A stretch of DNA of 64,000 nt from an uncultured Rhabdochlamydiaceae bacterium (GTDB lineage: Bacteria; Chlamydiota; Chlamydiia; Chlamydiales; Rhabdochlamydiaceae). The stretch spans positions 128,001-192,000 of the forward strand of contig CAVQHD010000001.1 of the NCBI GenBank assembly GCA_963712275.1. The letters are read 5' to 3'. Position 1 is the stretch's first letter, and every line of letters starts with the position of its first letter. Below, piece by piece: positions 61,941 to 64,000 of this stretch. Under the pieces are notes generated by a model. The model was not told the origin of the DNA and ran no database searches. It saw only the letters and a program-made list of their open reading frames with translations. Both the position numbers and the translations under genes were made by a program.

Positions 61941-62100
61941 GAAGCTGTCTTAAAACTCAGGTTTCGTCGCTTTTTGGAGGATTTTGAGCCAATTTTCGCT
62001 TTATTTGGTGGGAGTAATATACGAAAGTTGATATAACCCCCACCAAATAAAGCGAAAATTGGCTCAAAAAGCGACAGAAACTGAGTTTTAAGATAGCTTC
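61941..62100. mobile_element. Palindromic MITE family B, copy B3
   Basis: 160-bp hairpin with a TTA TSD. Confidence 0.9.
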
Positions 62101-62132
62101 TTAGAGACTGTCTCCGCTATGATAGACGAGTC

Positions 62133-62978
62133 ATGAGAAAATTATTTTTAATTTTTGCCTATCTCATCCTTTGCACAGGATGCTCGCCTCCTCCAGAGCA
62201 GAAACCTATTATTTTAGTCTCCATTCCTCCCTATGCAGATTTAATCAAAAAAATCGTTGCAGATGAGGCTTCGATTCAAATTTTTGCTCCGCCGGGATCG
62301 AACCCTCACGTCTATGAACCCTCCCCTGAGCAGGTTCACCAGTTCACTCAAGCAAAAATTTGGTTTCGCACGGGAGATCCGATTGAACGGAAGATCGTCC
62401 AATTTTTAAAACCGTACAACGTCCAAATGGTCGACCTTTCGCATAACAAAGCCGTTTTGGATACCGAATGCCACGCTCATCACCATGACCATGAGGAAAA
62501 AGATCTTCACCTTTGGCTAAGTCCGCTCATTGTCGCTGAGCAGGTGGAAGAAATCACCCGCGTTTTGATTGAGTCTTTTCCCAACCTGAAGCAATCTTTC
62601 GAGGAAAATAGCAAAGCTTTAATCGATCGACTTAAGCAACTGGATGCCCATATCAGCCAAAAGCTTGCGCCTTTTAAAGGAAGCCGCCTGCTGATTTCAC
62701 ACCCTTCCCTCGCCTACTTCTGCGAGCGGTATGGACTGCACCAACTGTCTATTGAAGTGGAAGGAAAGGATCCGCTTCTCCGAGACATCGCTTCTCTCAT
62801 GGATGAGCTCAAAGAGCATCCCATCCCTGTGGTGTTTACTCAGCCACAATATAATAACAAAGGGGCCCTTCTCATTGCAGATCAGCTCCACCTTCCCTCT
62901 CAGGAAATCGATCCTTATGCCGAGGATTATTTTGAAATGTTAGAGCTCGTGACGGAAGCGATTGTAACCCATTATTAG
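62133..62978 (+). CDS. Zn/Mn ABC transporter substrate-binding lipoprotein (ZnuA-like)
   Basis: Lipobox, PHVYEP, His-rich loop and HLWLSP motif. Confidence 0.9.
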   Translation: MRKLFLIFAYLILCTGCSPPPEQKPIILVSIPPYADLIKKIVADEASIQIFAPPGSNPHVYEPSPEQVHQFTQAKIWFRTGDPIERKIVQFLKPYNVQMVDLSHNKAVLDTECHAHHHDHEEKDLHLWLSPLIVAEQVEEITRVLIESFPNLKQSFEENSKALIDRLKQLDAHISQKLAPFKGSRLLISHPSLAYFCERYGLHQLSIEVEGKDPLLRDIASLMDELKEHPIPVVFTQPQYNNKGALLIADQLHLPSQEIDPYAEDYFEMLELVTEAIVTHY

Positions 62979-62982
62979 ATTC

Positions 62983-63693
62983 ATGACAATTCAAGCGCGC
63001 CATCTCTGCTTTCAGTATGATGAAAATCCTCTTCTTCAAGATGTTTTTTTAGAGATTTCTAGAGGGGAGTGCGTCGCTATTTTCGGACCTAATGGGGGTG
63101 GGAAAACAACGCTCCTCAAGCTTTTAATGGGTTTTTTGAAACCGGACTCAGGAGAGGTTTTAATCGATGGGAAAACCCCTCTCAAACGGCGAGAACGTAT
63201 CGGCTATGTACCTCAAATTTCCAACCTCGACAAGCAGTTTCCCATCACCGTTCTCGATGTTGTCAAAATGGGCGCTCTTTCACCCTCTCTTTTCCGTTCC
63301 TATGCGCGTGATAGCCACGATGAAGCCCTTGAAATGTTAAATAAAGTCCAACTAAAAGAGATGGCGCCAGCCCCCTTCGGCTCCCTCTCTGGAGGACAAT
63401 CGCAGCGGGTTTTGATCGCCCGAGCGCTCATGGGCCATCCCGACTACCTTTTTCTAGATGAAGCCACAGCCAATATCGACCCTTCTGCTGAAGAGCATTT
63501 TCATGCTTTGCTCAAACAGCTTAAAGGAGACTTGACCATTGTCATGGTCACCCACGATCTTCCTATGGTGATGTCGTATATCGACCGCTTCTTCTGCGTC
63601 TATGGAACGATAACCCCCTATTCTCCCGCAGAGGTCTGCAATCATTTTGCTCAAGGGCTCTACCACCCGCCTCTTCAACCTAGGAGAAAATAA
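62983..63693 (+). CDS. Metal ABC transporter ATP-binding protein (ZnuC-like)
   Basis: GPNGGGKTT, IGYVPQ and LSGGQ motifs. Confidence 0.92.
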   Translation: MTIQARHLCFQYDENPLLQDVFLEISRGECVAIFGPNGGGKTTLLKLLMGFLKPDSGEVLIDGKTPLKRRERIGYVPQISNLDKQFPITVLDVVKMGALSPSLFRSYARDSHDEALEMLNKVQLKEMAPAPFGSLSGGQSQRVLIARALMGHPDYLFLDEATANIDPSAEEHFHALLKQLKGDLTIVMVTHDLPMVMSYIDRFFCVYGTITPYSPAEVCNHFAQGLYHPPLQPRRK

Positions 63694-63696
63694 ATA

Positions 63697-64000
63697 ATGC
63701 ACCCTTTTCTCTTCACATCCTTACTCGCTGGAATAGCCTCCTCCATTACCAGCGGAATCATCGGATCGTATGTCGTCATTAAACGGATTGTCTTTATTAG
63801 TGGAAGTATCGCCCACTCTGTGTTGGGAGGAATGGGGCTTTTTTTATGGCTTAAAAGAACCTATCACTGGGAGTGGCTCGATCCCTTGTACGGAGCACTC
63901 CTTGCAGCGATCCTCTCCGCTTTTCTCATTGGATGGATTCACCTCAAATACCGCGAACGGGAAGATACCGTCATCGCCGCCATTTGGTCGACGGGAATGG
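63697..64000 (+). CDS. Metal ABC transporter permease (ZnuB-like), truncated by the window end
   Basis: IIGSYVVIKRIVFISGSIAHSVLGG. Confidence 0.88.
   Translation, partial: MHPFLFTSLLAGIASSITSGIIGSYVVIKRIVFISGSIAHSVLGGMGLFLWLKRTYHWEWLDPLYGALLAAILSAFLIGWIHLKYREREDTVIAAIWSTGM

Overview
This window comes from an environmental member of the phylum Chlamydiota. The evidence is the 16S 5' variant AGAATTTGATCTTGGTTCAG, chlamydial-type genes and the presence of acnA and icd. It holds part of an rRNA operon, three tRNAs and core genes: nhaD, kdsD, icd, an LPS/capsule cluster, gpsA, nnr, mcsAB, ispD, acnA, rpsD, trhO, an SNF2 helicase, pheT, yidD, a sigma54 activator and a metal ABC transporter. An accessory block at about 7.5-17.3 kb includes a 6.1-kb integrase-less island at tRNA-Phe carrying an IS66, an AbiE-type TA pair and pseudogenes. 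The most distinctive signals are non-genic. (1) About 11 copies or fragments of 160-173-bp palindromic MITE-like elements with several different ends. They supply stop codons, sit in a tRNA leader, and twice are translated in frame inside host genes (yidD and a Wzc-like gene), like Rickettsia RPEs. (2) A miniature ORF-less IS200/IS605 element that keeps a TnpB omega-RNA-like right end. It appears to split the TATAAT box in front of trhO and itself has a MITE in its right-end hairpin loop. Several eukaryote-like or effector-like orphan proteins are also present. All family assignments come from motif recognition by eye; no database searches were run.
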